From Verrucomicrobiota bacterium (GTDB lineage: Bacteria > Verrucomicrobiota > Lentisphaeria > Lentisphaerales > Lentisphaeraceae): DNA of 45,891 nucleotides. Positions within the stretch are counted from its first letter, which is position 1. Every line of letters begins with the position of its first letter. Below the pieces are notes generated by a model, which was given only the letters and a program-made list of their open reading frames with translations, made no database searches and was not told where the DNA came from. A program made the translations under genes and the position numbers. Below, one piece after another: positions 8,620-20,922 of the stretch. Where the stretch lies: contig JBDKFG010000035.1 in assembly GCA_039798785.1 (NCBI GenBank), forward strand, positions 1 through 45,891, in the 5' to 3' direction.

Positions 8620-9513
8620 TTAGCTGTCTTTTTTCAAGACACCAGCCTGTCGCAGCTGCGAGGCCAGTTTTTTCATTCTTTCTGGATCGATTGCGCCGAA
8701 GGTTTCGCCTTTGTCGCAGAAGGGTTTGAGAGCTGCGGCGCTGGCCTCGAGGTGTTCGGCGACGGCGGGATTTTGCTGGGCGATGAGAGCGTGGGCGGGG
8801 GCGGGCGATTGTAGGTAGGAGAGCCAACCTAGGCGGGCTGCATCTGTGACCGCCTGGACCAGTTCAGGCTGGGTCTTGGCGAGGTTTTCGGAGCAGACCA
8901 GCATGGCGGCGTAGGGGTCGAAACCAGTGTCGGAGACCAGCAGGCTGCGGCATTTGACCTTTTTTGCCTCGAAAAGGATCGGCTCGCTGTTGGCGTATCC
9001 TTGGATCAGGTCGGCCTGGCCACCGAGGAAGAGCTGCTGGTTATAGGCGACGGTGCTGGATTTTTGCAGTTCCGGATGGCGGTGGCAGAGCCATTTCCAG
9101 AAAGGCAGAGAGGTGTTTAGCGAGAGGGTTTTCGCCTCTTTCACGGAGTCGAAGCTGCGTACCGGTGAGTCCTGGCGCACCAGAAGGCAGCGGGGCGAGT
9201 GTTTGATCGGAGCGAGGAGGGGGCGCAGGCGGAGGCCGTTCTCCTGCACCTGGAGAAGTTTGTCGGCGGCGATGACACCGAAGGCGGAGCGCCCTGAAGC
9301 GACCTCGGTTTCCACCGGCATGCCGGAGGCCCCGGGGTGGATCTCGATGCGAAGCGAGGATTTCTCGAAAAGCTTCTCCGCCAGGGCTTGGTAGTAGCCG
9401 CCGTGTTCCGCTTCGGGAAGCCAGTTGAGCTGCAGCCGGAGGGAGGAGGAATCCGATTTCTTGCAGGAAACGAAGGCGGAGAGGCCGGCGATGAGGATCT
9501 GGCGTCGGTTCAT
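8620..9513 (-). CDS. NMT1/THI5-like ABC substrate-binding lipoprotein
   Basis: Lipoprotein-type signal ending in Cys (AFVSC), LQLNWLPEAEHGGYYQA, QGYANSEP; RBS GGAG upstream. Confidence 0.85.
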   Translation of the reverse strand: MNRRQILIAGLSAFVSCKKSDSSSLRLQLNWLPEAEHGGYYQALAEKLFEKSSLRIEIHPGASGMPVETEVASGRSAFGVIAADKLLQVQENGLRLRPLLAPIKHSPRCLLVRQDSPVRSFDSVKEAKTLSLNTSLPFWKWLCHRHPELQKSSTVAYNQQLFLGGQADLIQGYANSEPILFEAKKVKCRSLLVSDTGFDPYAAMLVCSENLAKTQPELVQAVTDAARLGWLSYLQSPAPAHALIAQQNPAVAEHLEASAAALKPFCDKGETFGAIDPERMKKLASQLRQAGVLKKDS

Positions 9514-9553
9514 CAGGAGGCTCCTGCGATTGGAGATTGAGCGTGGTGCCGGT

Positions 9554-10834
9554 TCAGGGCATGACCAGGTCGAACTGGATGCGCTCAGGCGCTCCGGAAC
9601 CGTTGGGGCGGAGGAGGAGGAAGTGGCCGGTGGCGCCGCGTGGCGCGGCCTCGAGGGCATAACGGAGCTCGTCGCCATCCTTGAGGCGGCGTCCGTCGAT
9701 CTCGATCAGCAGGTCGCCGCGGCGGGCTTTGCCATTGAGGGGGGAGGAGGGAGCGATGTCGCCGAGGATGAAGCCTTCGGTCTCGGTGAAGGAGAGGAGC
9801 TTGGCCAGGCGTGGTGAATTCGCCTCGAGTTCGGCACCGAGGCGGAGACGGGCGCCTTCGCGGCCGGAGAGAGGCAGCACGGTGACCGGGATCACCCGTT
9901 CGTCGCTGAGGGTCAGCTCCAGGGTGTCGCCGACGCTGCGGCTGCGGAGGTAGAGGAAGGCGGCGATGGCGTTGCGGCAGGGATGCCCGTCGAGGGCGAC
10001 GATCTGCTGATTGCGGCGCAACTCGGCGCTGGCCTCGGGATTTTCCGGGTTCACCTTGTCGATCAGGACTCCGGCACTGCCGTCCCTGAGCCGTTCGGAA
10101 CGAACGGTGAAGCCGAGGTCGGCACCGCTGGTGAAGGCAGGGGCGAGCCAGACCGCCAGCTCGGACTCGATCCTGGAAACTGGAACGGCAAAGGCGATGC
10201 GTTCGCCCTCTTTCTGGCGAGCGATGTTGATGCCGATGACTTCCCCGTCCATGTTCACCAGGGGGCCGCCGGAATTCCCCGGGTTCACTGCCAGATCGCA
10301 CTGCAGCAGCTCCTCGAGACTGACCCGTCCATCGACTTCGAAGTAGCGATTGGCTGAGCTGAGGACTCCTGAAGAGATGGAGTGGCTGAGGCCGAAGGGG
10401 TTGCCGACGGCGATCACGGATTCGCCGAGGAGAAGATCTCCGGGCTGGGCGAACCGCGCCGGCAGAAGTCCTGCGGGGGGGCGGGTGATTTGAAGCAAGG
10501 CGAGGTCGGAGACGGGCGAGGCATGCAAGAGGGTCGCCGGGTAGGCGCTGCCGTCGCGCAAAGTCACTGAGATCACTTTGCGCTTCCCCACCACGTGGGC
10601 GCTGGTCAGGACCAGGCCGCACTCCGACAGGATCAGCCCGCTGCCGATCGCCTTGCCGGGCCCCTTGGTTTCGACGGAGCTGAGATTGACGACCGAGTTG
10701 ACCACGGCGTTGACCGCCAGGACACTTGGCGAGACGCGGTTGCTTCGCGGCGATGCTCCGTTTTCCTGGGCCTTCAGATTTTCCGCCAAGCAAAAAAAAG
10801 CGATAAAAAAGAGTGCTGATAATTTGCAGCTCAT
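9554..10834 (-). CDS. HtrA/DegP-like serine protease with PDZ-like domains
   Basis: Signal peptide; triad motifs TSAHVV, SDLALL, NPGNSGGPL; AVGNPFGL. Confidence 0.9.
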   Translation of the reverse strand: MSCKLSALFFIAFFCLAENLKAQENGASPRSNRVSPSVLAVNAVVNSVVNLSSVETKGPGKAIGSGLILSECGLVLTSAHVVGKRKVISVTLRDGSAYPATLLHASPVSDLALLQITRPPAGLLPARFAQPGDLLLGESVIAVGNPFGLSHSISSGVLSSANRYFEVDGRVSLEELLQCDLAVNPGNSGGPLVNMDGEVIGINIARQKEGERIAFAVPVSRIESELAVWLAPAFTSGADLGFTVRSERLRDGSAGVLIDKVNPENPEASAELRRNQQIVALDGHPCRNAIAAFLYLRSRSVGDTLELTLSDERVIPVTVLPLSGREGARLRLGAELEANSPRLAKLLSFTETEGFILGDIAPSSPLNGKARRGDLLIEIDGRRLKDGDELRYALEAAPRGATGHFLLLRPNGSGAPERIQFDLVMP

Positions 10835-10871
10835 CGCGATAGCTCCTATATTTGGATCATCAGGAATATAG

Positions 10872-12323
10872 GTGGATCTCATGCAGGCGAAAGTCCTCAG
10901 TTTCCTCTTTGAACTGCAGAGCCTTGGAAATGACGCGCTTTTATCCGCGGCGCCGGAGCTGGCGGAGGGCGGGGGGCTGGACGAGCACTTGGTGCAAGTC
11001 TTGTGGAACGAGGGGCATTTCGGACGTGACTTTCATCTTGCCGACGGCAGGCGGCTGCGGGTTTTACGGCCGGGTTCCTGGAATCGGGAGGCGGGGCCGG
11101 ATTTTCTCGAGGCTGAGCTCGAGATTGGGGCTCGTCTGGTCCGGGGGGCGGTGGAGATCCATGTCGACGAATCTGACTGGCGTCGTCACGGGCATCATCT
11201 CGATCCCGCCTATGACGGCGTGGTCCTGCATGTGGTCTGGAGGGCTTCGTCGAAAGGCGAGGCCGGGCTGCCGCCGCTGCTTGAACTTTCCCCTTTGGCG
11301 GAGGTGCCGGCGGACCAGTTGCGCCAGCGTTATCTGGCCCATGAATATCCGCGGGCGCGGATGCTGCCGCCGGAGCGCCTCTCCGAACTTTTCAGCGACA
11401 TCGACGACGAGCAGCTCGGGGCCCTGCTGGACAGCGCCTCGCTGCTCCGGCTCGAGGTCAAGGCGCGGCATCTGCGCCGTTCGGCCCAGGCTCGCGGCTG
11501 GGATCAGGCCCTGCTGGAGAGCCTCTTCGACTGCCTCGGCTTCAAGGCCAACCGGATGCCCTTCCGCCAGCTCGCCGCGGCCGCCTCGCTGGAGCGCCTG
11601 CGCGAGCTGCCCAGCGACGAGGCGCGCGAGGCCTATCTCTGGGGCATGTCGGGACTTCTCCCCGACCCCACCCGGATCGAGCTGACGCCGCGGCTGAAGT
11701 CGCGGATCGAAACTCTCTGGCGGCTCTGGTGGCCCCTGCGTCCCGAAGGGGCGCCGGCGGACTCCTGGATCCGGCACGGTCTGCGTCCCTTGAACAGTCC
11801 GGAGCGGCGGGTGGCGGCGGCGGTCGCTCTTTTGCGGCGCTGGAACTGGCAGCCCACGGCGATCGCCGCGGCCTTGCGCGGGAAGGAGCCCGGTCGCCCT
11901 TTGAACCGGGCTCTTGAAGCGGTTCTGAATTGTCCTGATGAAGATTGGGAGTTCTGCAGCAGTCCCAGGCATGTTCTGCCGCGTCCCTGCGTGCTGATCG
12001 GCAGGGATCGCCGCCTGGCGATTGCGGCGAACGCACTGTTTCCCTTCCTGGCGGCACAAGCCGGCAACAGCGAATCCTGTCGGCAGGTGGCTGCCGCCTA
12101 CCTTACTTTGCCTGGCGGCGACGACAACAGCCGGCTAGACCAGGCTCGTCACCGCTTCTTCCTGCCGCCGTCACGCCTCGTCCGAGTGGCGAACACCGCG
12201 GCGCGGCAGCAAGGGGTTCTGCAGCTCCAGGAGGACTTCAACGGCAGCGGCGAAGAGGCTCTGGATTTCTGGCGCAGCCAGTTGAGCCACTTGCAGGCGG
12301 GTGCTGCCACCGCCGGCGAGTGA
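10872..12323 (+). CDS. DUF2851 family protein
   Basis: PGSWNREAGPDF, GAVEIH, WRRHGHHLDPAYDGVVLHVV, LGFKANRMPF, RPLNSPERR. Confidence 0.85.
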   Translation: MDLMQAKVLSFLFELQSLGNDALLSAAPELAEGGGLDEHLVQVLWNEGHFGRDFHLADGRRLRVLRPGSWNREAGPDFLEAELEIGARLVRGAVEIHVDESDWRRHGHHLDPAYDGVVLHVVWRASSKGEAGLPPLLELSPLAEVPADQLRQRYLAHEYPRARMLPPERLSELFSDIDDEQLGALLDSASLLRLEVKARHLRRSAQARGWDQALLESLFDCLGFKANRMPFRQLAAAASLERLRELPSDEAREAYLWGMSGLLPDPTRIELTPRLKSRIETLWRLWWPLRPEGAPADSWIRHGLRPLNSPERRVAAAVALLRRWNWQPTAIAAALRGKEPGRPLNRALEAVLNCPDEDWEFCSSPRHVLPRPCVLIGRDRRLAIAANALFPFLAAQAGNSESCRQVAAAYLTLPGGDDNSRLDQARHRFFLPPSRLVRVANTAARQQGVLQLQEDFNGSGEEALDFWRSQLSHLQAGAATAGE

Positions 12324-12350
12324 TTCGCGGATGCCCCGGAGCTTGACTGA

Positions 12351-12884
12351 CTAGAGTCGGGGATCGGTCAGGCTCATGTCCAAGCGCTTGGCATAGCTCT
12401 TCTTGAGCGCCATCGCCAGGCTGGCGATCTCAGTTTCCGGAATTTCCGGCGCGAACAGCAGGTACGAAGGATAGTCGTAGCCGGTCATGAGAAGCGCGCC
12501 ATGACGGCGCAGATGAAAATGACTGGCGATTTCGATGCTGCAACGTTGTCTGAAAAGAGTGTGGATGGTCTGGACACCTTGGGCATTGAGGGGAACCAGG
12601 AAATCGCTTGACGCTGTCATCACCCAGTCTACATCATGAGGCGAAAGCGCCGGCAGCGTCAAGGTCGTGGATCGTTGATCATCGATGCAATGCCGCCATA
12701 ACAAGCCGTTCTCTTCAGGTCCCAAATCCATCGGCGCGCCGCTGAATTCCACGGCCAATCCCTCCGGCCAAAGGCCCAGGGCGGCTTGGATCAGATCTTC
12801 AATGTCGACATATCCCTCAGAACTGAAGCCGAAGGGATCGTCGCTGCCTGGGATGAACCAGCAGCCGGGGAGCTCTTGTGTCAT
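12351..12884 (-). CDS. Hypothetical protein (moderately lower GC)
   Basis: ORF downstream of the ppdK terminator with a GAAGGAAG RBS; no recognised motif. Confidence 0.65.
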   Translation of the reverse strand: MTQELPGCWFIPGSDDPFGFSSEGYVDIEDLIQAALGLWPEGLAVEFSGAPMDLGPEENGLLWRHCIDDQRSTTLTLPALSPHDVDWVMTASSDFLVPLNAQGVQTIHTLFRQRCSIEIASHFHLRRHGALLMTGYDYPSYLLFAPEIPETEIASLAMALKKSYAKRLDMSLTDPRL

Positions 12885-12915
12885 ATCGATACTTCCTTCA
12901 CGAATTTCTCTCACA

Positions 12916-12953
12916 GAAAGCACCCCCGCCTCTTACGAGACGGGGGTGCTTTC
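12916..12953 (-). terminator. Intrinsic terminator of ppdK
   Basis: GAAAGCACCCCCG(C)CTC-TTAC-GAGACGGGGGTGCTTTC inverted repeat about 20 nt after the stop. Confidence 0.85.
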
Positions 12954-12974
12954 AATCAATCAACTGCGACCGGC

Positions 12975-15728
<2,754 letters not shown>

Positions 15729-15881
15729 CGTCTTTCCTGGGTTTTTTGTTGCGTGGGTTCGAGTATCCTTCCGCCGCAGGCGCGGCGAAAAATCGCCATC
15801 TAAGATATCCTGCCGGGCCCAGCTCTCAAGAGCAGTGTGACATCAAAGTGTGATAGCGGAGCGACTGCCCTTGCATTGGGC

Positions 15882-16409
15882 TCAAGGGAGTTCGCAGCGG
15901 GTGTTGGAGGCGGGCTGGGGAGGCAGGTCGGCCGGGGCGTTGCCGACGCGCAGGTCGAGGCCTTTGAGGAAGCATTCGCCGAGGAGGGGCCGGGAGATGA
16001 GGGCCTGGTCCTTCCACAGAGCGAGGCCGCCGATCACCTCGCCGCCGAGCTGCTCGTGGAAGACGAGGGCGATGCGCCACTTCTCGAATTCGCCCTGGAG
16101 GCTGTAGTGGAGCTGCTCGTAGAAGACCTGGGAGGCGGCGGCGAAGCTGATCAGGATGTAGCGGGTGTGGTTGGGCCAGACCTCGCTGATGATCTGGATG
16201 TTCTCCTCGGCGAATGCGGCGGGATAACAGCGCCTGATCACCGAGTTGATCCGCGAGGTGAAGCGGCCGTCGGTCTCGAGGTAGCGGCGCTGGTCGCCTT
16301 CGCCGAGAAAGCCGGCGTAGTCCAGCGAGCTGGCCTGCAGCCAAGCCTCGAAGCTGACGAAGTCGTCGACCACATAGAGGTCTTGGACGAGGGCTTCTCG
16401 GGCGCTCAT
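15882..16409 (-). CDS. Hypothetical protein
   Basis: ORF starts 3 nt after the dapD stop with host-like codon usage. Confidence 0.7.
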   Translation of the reverse strand: MSAREALVQDLYVVDDFVSFEAWLQASSLDYAGFLGEGDQRRYLETDGRFTSRINSVIRRCYPAAFAEENIQIISEVWPNHTRYILISFAAASQVFYEQLHYSLQGEFEKWRIALVFHEQLGGEVIGGLALWKDQALISRPLLGECFLKGLDLRVGNAPADLPPQPASNTRCELP

Positions 16410-16412
16410 GGC

Positions 16413-17432
16413 TCAGCCGTTCTTGTGAAGAAGGGGGTTGAGTTCGACGGTTTTGGGATTGGGCTTGGCGATTAGCTGGCCGCTGACGCTGTCGGTGAAG
16501 AAGAGCAGCTTGTCGCGACCGGAAAGCTCAAGCCCCTTGACGAGGTTGGCTCCGGCGGCGACGCGGCGTCCCTGGAGGTCGACCGGCTCGCCGGAGGCGT
16601 CGAGCAGGGCGATCTTGGCGCCTGCGGTGACATAGGTTCCGGCAGCGACGGTGCAGCCGAAGCCGAGCGAGATGCCTATGCCGGAATTGGCGCCGAGAAG
16701 ACACTTCGAGCCGATCGAGATGACCTGCTTGCCGCCGCCAGACAGGGTGCCCATGATCGAGGCGCCGCCGCCGATGTCGGAGTCTTTGGCGACGAAGACG
16801 CCGGCGCTGACCCGTCCTTCGACCATGGCATTGCCCTCGGTGCCGGCGTTGAAGTTGACGAAGCCGGCTTGCATCACGGTGGTGCCTTCGCCGAGGTAGG
16901 CGCCAAGGCGCACCTGGGCGCCCGACGCGATGCGGACGCCGGAAGGCAGGAAGTAGTTGACCAGGTAGGGGAATTTGTCGACGTGGGAGATGTTCAGGCT
17001 TTCGCCGCGGAGGAGGAGTTCGAGACGGAGATTTTCGACTTCGTCCGGGAGGACCGGGCCGTACTGGGTCCAGGCGAGGTTGGGCAGTTTCGGGAAGATG
17101 CCGGCGAGCGGGATGGCATGGGGCTTGAGCAGGCGGCGTGAGATCAATTGCAGACGGAGGTAGGCGTCTTCGGTGCAGGTGACATCCGGCGAGGTGATCG
17201 AGATGCTGGCGCGGATCCAGTCGCGGCGGCTGTAGATGCCGGGAGCGGCGTGTGCGTCGTCGACGCCGAGTGCGGCGCAGGCCTGTATCTCGCTCAGCAC
17301 TTCGAATGCGAAGCCGGAGGCCGGTAGGGCGGCCTCGGAGAGCTCCTCGACCCTGACATAGTTGACGTCGAGAGTCTGGCCCTTGCGGCTGCGGCGCAGG
17401 CCGATGGCGGTGAAGAAACGGGGGCTGCTCAT
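16413..17432 (-). CDS. dapD: Tetrahydrodipicolinate N-succinyltransferase (Pseudomonas/actinobacterial type)
   Basis: AYLRLQLISRR, VDKFP, VRLGAYLGEGTTVM..GFVNFNAGT, MVEGRVSAGV, GGGASIMGTLSGG. Confidence 0.92.
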   Translation of the reverse strand: MSSPRFFTAIGLRRSRKGQTLDVNYVRVEELSEAALPASGFAFEVLSEIQACAALGVDDAHAAPGIYSRRDWIRASISITSPDVTCTEDAYLRLQLISRRLLKPHAIPLAGIFPKLPNLAWTQYGPVLPDEVENLRLELLLRGESLNISHVDKFPYLVNYFLPSGVRIASGAQVRLGAYLGEGTTVMQAGFVNFNAGTEGNAMVEGRVSAGVFVAKDSDIGGGASIMGTLSGGGKQVISIGSKCLLGANSGIGISLGFGCTVAAGTYVTAGAKIALLDASGEPVDLQGRRVAAGANLVKGLELSGRDKLLFFTDSVSGQLIAKPNPKTVELNPLLHKNG

Positions 17433-17519
17433 GGAATCCTCGCTGAATGAATGGATTTGGGGCGGTTAATATAATCCCGGTTCCGGCGAATCTCCCCCAG
17501 GACTTTCCGTTCCTATCCG

Positions 17520-17552
17520 GAAAACTCAAGGCCGCCTGGTGAGGCGGCCTTG
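17520..17552 (-). terminator. Intrinsic terminator
   Basis: CAAGGCCGCCT-GGTG-AGGCGGCCTTG followed on the minus strand by AGTTTT. Confidence 0.8.
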
Positions 17553-17556
17553 GGAA

Positions 17557-18183
17557 TCACTTTTTGCGGGCGGGAGCCTTGGCGGGGGCGGCCTTGGCGG
17601 CCGGCTTCTTGGCGGGCGGTGCGTCCTCGTCTTCGTCCTCGATCTCCTCTTCGAGATCGATGTCGAGATCGTCGTCGAGGGCGGCGGAGGGCTTCTTCTC
17701 TTCGTCTTCGAGATCGTCCTCGAGATCGTCGCCGAAGACCTCTTCGTCTTCCGCGACTTCCTCGTCGTCGTCCTTGCCGGCGCCGCCGAGGACGGTGAGG
17801 AGGCGCTCTTCCGCGGCTTCCTCGTCGACGAAGTCTTCTTCGACCTCTTCTTCCTCTTCGATTTCCTCCTCCTCTTCCTCGTCCTCTTCTTCCTCGATGA
17901 CTTCGTCCTCGACTTCGTCGGCGTCGGCGGATTTGGCCGACTTCTTGCCTTCCTTGAGATATTCGGACTTGCCGTCGGTCATGTACAGGTGTTCATGGAT
18001 GTTCTGGCCGTCGACGTCGAGCCATTCATCCCATTCGCCGTCGAGCTTCTCTTCGAAGCCGGAGTTGGATTCGTCGAAGCTGGAGTTCTTCTTGACGAAC
18101 TTGATCGCCTGGGCGATGGTCGCGAAATATTCGTACTTGGGCTTTTCGGAGGGACCGAACCAGACTCTGAACTTCTTTTCCAC
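17557..18183 (-). CDS. Small folded domain + long Asp/Glu tract + Lys/Ala/Pro tail protein
   Basis: GTG start with AGAGG RBS; strongly biased codons; about 100-residue acidic region; ends PPAKKPAAKAAPAKAPARKK; flanked by terminators. Confidence 0.8.
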   Translation of the reverse strand: MEKKFRVWFGPSEKPKYEYFATIAQAIKFVKKNSSFDESNSGFEEKLDGEWDEWLDVDGQNIHEHLYMTDGKSEYLKEGKKSAKSADADEVEDEVIEEEEDEEEEEEIEEEEEVEEDFVDEEAAEERLLTVLGGAGKDDDEEVAEDEEVFGDDLEDDLEDEEKKPSAALDDDLDIDLEEEIEDEDEDAPPAKKPAAKAAPAKAPARKK

Positions 18184-18296
18184 TTTGGACCTCTTGTTCT
18201 CTGACCTTGGCGATGTTGCACCGCGCTCAATACAGCGGTGCCGCCAAAAGGCAAACGCGATGAGCCTCGTCTTGTCGTTTTTTTGTGGCGAGTGGA

Positions 18297-18333
18297 CAAA
18301 AAGAGCGGCCCGGTCCGCCGGGGACCGGGCCGC
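18297..18333 (-). terminator. Intrinsic terminator of rimO
   Basis: GCGGCCCGGTCC-GCCGG-GGACCGGGCCGC followed by TCTTTTT on the minus strand. Confidence 0.8.
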
Positions 18334-18348
18334 GGAGGCCGGGTTCGA

Positions 18349-19716
18349 TCAATCGACGATGACGCCTTGCAGGTCGTGAGCGTCGGCGCTGAGGATCTTG
18401 ACGCTGGCGAAGATCTTGTCGCCGAGCGCTTCGGTCCAGGGGAAGTGGATCGAGTTGTCGACGTCGGGTGCGTCGCCGCCGCTGCGGCCGACGCAGCTGC
18501 GGAGACCGGAGTCGTCTTCACGGACTTCATCAACGATGACGCGCAGGGTCTGTCCGACCAGTGCCTGGTTCTTTTCTCTCGAGATCTCCTGTTGCGCCAG
18601 CATCAGTCTGCTCTCGCGCTGCTTGGCGACTTCGGCGGGGACATCGTTTTCCATGGTGAAGGCGTGGGTGCTCTTCTCGTGCGAGTAGGTGAAGACGCCG
18701 ACCCGGTCGAAGCGTTCGTGGCGGATGAAGTCCTGCAGGGCGGCGAAATCATCCTCCTGCTCGCCTGGGTGGCCGACGAGGAGGGTGGTGCGCATGGTGA
18801 CGCCGGGGATGCGGTCGCGGAACTTGGCGAGGAGCTTGGCGGTGCGGTCCGGGGTGATGCCGCGTCGCATCGCGGTCAGCATCCTGGCGGAGGCGTGCTG
18901 CAGCGGCATGTCAATGTATTTCAGGACATGCTTGGCTTCGGCGAAAGTCTGGATGAGCTCGTCGGTGACGCTGGTGGGGTAGAGATAGAGGACGCGTATC
19001 CAGTATTCGCCGCCCGGGGCCTGGAGCTCGTCAAGGGCTCGGAGGAGCTGGCTGAGGCTGGTCCCGTCGCCGAAGTCCGAGCCGTAGTCGGTGGCGTTCT
19101 GCGACACCAGGATCAGCTCGCGGACGCCGCGGTTTAGGAGTGCCTGGCATTCCTTCACCAACGACTGGACGGCGCGGGAACGGAGCTTGCCCCGGAAGGT
19201 CGGGATGGCGCAGAAGGAGCACTTGTGGTTGCAGCCTTCGGAGATCTTGACGTAGGCGTAGTGCGAGGGAGTGACGAGGAGTCGGGGGGTGCTTTCGTCG
19301 TAGAGGTAGACGGGGAGGTCCTCTTTGACGAAGGTATGCACCGAATCGAGCTTGCGGAGCATGTTCTGGACCATGGTGCCGATGCTGGCGATCTCGTCGA
19401 GGCCGAGCATCAAGTCGATGCCGGTGTGGGCTTTCTGGGTCTCTTCCGGCTCGCGTTGCGCCAGGCAGCCTGCCACCACGACTTTACGGTTGCGGCGCTT
19501 CTTCTTCCATTTGAGGGCTTTGGCGATGGTGTCGTTGGACTCGTCCCGGGCCGGGCCGATGAAGGAGCAGGTGTTGATGACGTAGATGTCGGCGTCGCTC
19601 TCGTCGCCGGTGATCTCGAGGCCGGACTTGGCAAGCGAGCCGAGCATCACCTCGGTGTCGACGAGGTTCTTGGAGCAGCCGAGGCTGGAGACGCAGATCT
19701 TGGCGGAACGGGGCAT
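18349..19716 (-). CDS. rimO: Ribosomal protein S12 methylthiotransferase
   Basis: SLGCSKNLVDTE, INTCSFI, YVKISEGCNHKCSFCAIP (radical SAM), WIRVLYLYP, DAPDVD in the TRAM region. Confidence 0.95.
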   Translation of the reverse strand: MPRSAKICVSSLGCSKNLVDTEVMLGSLAKSGLEITGDESDADIYVINTCSFIGPARDESNDTIAKALKWKKKRRNRKVVVAGCLAQREPEETQKAHTGIDLMLGLDEIASIGTMVQNMLRKLDSVHTFVKEDLPVYLYDESTPRLLVTPSHYAYVKISEGCNHKCSFCAIPTFRGKLRSRAVQSLVKECQALLNRGVRELILVSQNATDYGSDFGDGTSLSQLLRALDELQAPGGEYWIRVLYLYPTSVTDELIQTFAEAKHVLKYIDMPLQHASARMLTAMRRGITPDRTAKLLAKFRDRIPGVTMRTTLLVGHPGEQEDDFAALQDFIRHERFDRVGVFTYSHEKSTHAFTMENDVPAEVAKQRESRLMLAQQEISREKNQALVGQTLRVIVDEVREDDSGLRSCVGRSGGDAPDVDNSIHFPWTEALGDKIFASVKILSADAHDLQGVIVD

Positions 19717-19867
19717 GATGGGAGTCCTGGTTTTTGAAGACCGCAAATAGACGCAAGCACGACGAATTTGCAAGGCTGCAGGAATTTATAAGCTGGCCGG
19801 AGAGAGCCATCCCGAGGCCGATTGGGAACTGGTTTCGACGGCTTGCTCCGCCTCCGATTCCTTCAGT

Positions 19868-20893
19868 TCAAAGCTGGACTTCCTCGGTCTCTTCCTTCTT
19901 CGGCGGCGGCGGAGCCGGGCGGAGCGTTTCGAGGATTTCCTTGACCGATTCCGCGACTTCCGGATCGCTGTGATGGAGGTGGGGTTTCAGCGGCTTGATT
20001 GCGGCCAGTCCGAGGGCCACGAGGGCTTTGCGGGCATCGCGGCGTTCCTTGGCGCTGGTTGCGCCGAGCCGGGCGACCAGGCCGTCCACTTGATTGCGCA
20101 GCGCGTCATCCGGGGCGGCGGCCTTGATCTTGCCGGGGGCGAAGGCCAGCTTCCTGTAGTCCTCTTCGGGGATCATGGCGCTGCTCAAGTCGCTCCACAA
20201 AACACCGCGTTTGCCGCAGAAAGGGCTGGCCAGGCAGGCGAGGACTTTCTTGTCCTGGCCCATGACTGCCAAGGCTCCGGCGTAGTGGAAAGGCAGGGAG
20301 CCTTCGTCGCCGAAGACGCGGAATTCGACGGCGCTTGCGGCGGGTTTTTCCGGGAAATGGCCATCACCTTCCGCCGCGGCTTCGGCCGCCAGCTTCTCGC
20401 CCAGCTCCTTCAGACCCTTGAGAAGCGATTTTTCGACCCGGATGAGTTCGCGATCAACCTCGGAATGTTTGACGCCGTTGCGGAGTCGACGCACATCCTC
20501 GAGCCGCCATTGGCCGTCGGCGCCGCGCTTCACCACTCCTTTGTTGTCGTCGCCGGCGATTGACACCAGGATGCACCCGGCTTCGTCGCCTTCGCCCGGC
20601 TCCTCCGCCATGTTCTTCTCCTCGGCATTTGCCGGCATTTTGACGCCGGCATCGGCGATCAGCTGAAAGATTTCGCGGATCTTGCCGCTGCTGTGTTCGA
20701 CGATCAGGTTCGGATCGTTTTCGGCCATGCCGCGGATGAAGGTCTGCATCACCTTGACGCCTTCCCCCGCGGCGGTCGCGGCTTTGACTTCTTCCGGGGT
20801 CGGAACGGCGGCTTTTGCGACCACAGGTGCGGGGGTGGGAGCGGGAGAAGGACTTGGCTGGGCTTGGGCCAGGGCGAGGAGGAGATTCAGCAT
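19868..20893 (-). CDS. Exported multi-domain hypothetical protein with C-terminal HEAT-like repeat
   Basis: Short signal peptide plus Pro/Ala linker; C-terminal LVARLGATSAKERRDARKALVALG..SDPEVAESVKEIL. Confidence 0.7.
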   Translation of the reverse strand: MLNLLLALAQAQPSPSPAPTPAPVVAKAAVPTPEEVKAATAAGEGVKVMQTFIRGMAENDPNLIVEHSSGKIREIFQLIADAGVKMPANAEEKNMAEEPGEGDEAGCILVSIAGDDNKGVVKRGADGQWRLEDVRRLRNGVKHSEVDRELIRVEKSLLKGLKELGEKLAAEAAAEGDGHFPEKPAASAVEFRVFGDEGSLPFHYAGALAVMGQDKKVLACLASPFCGKRGVLWSDLSSAMIPEEDYRKLAFAPGKIKAAAPDDALRNQVDGLVARLGATSAKERRDARKALVALGLAAIKPLKPHLHHSDPEVAESVKEILETLRPAPPPPKKEETEEVQL

Positions 20894-20922
20894 GGGGGGA
20901 TTCCGGCTTGGCGTGAAAAATC

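Noticed and set aside
10791..10810. T8/T6 tracts in the HtrA signal peptide as a phase-variation site
   Set aside because: Short tracts explained by Phe codons; frame intact
17564..18379. Ser-rich 271-aa plus-strand ORF
   Set aside because: Reverse-strand reading of the GAA/GAG/GAC tract of the acidic protein
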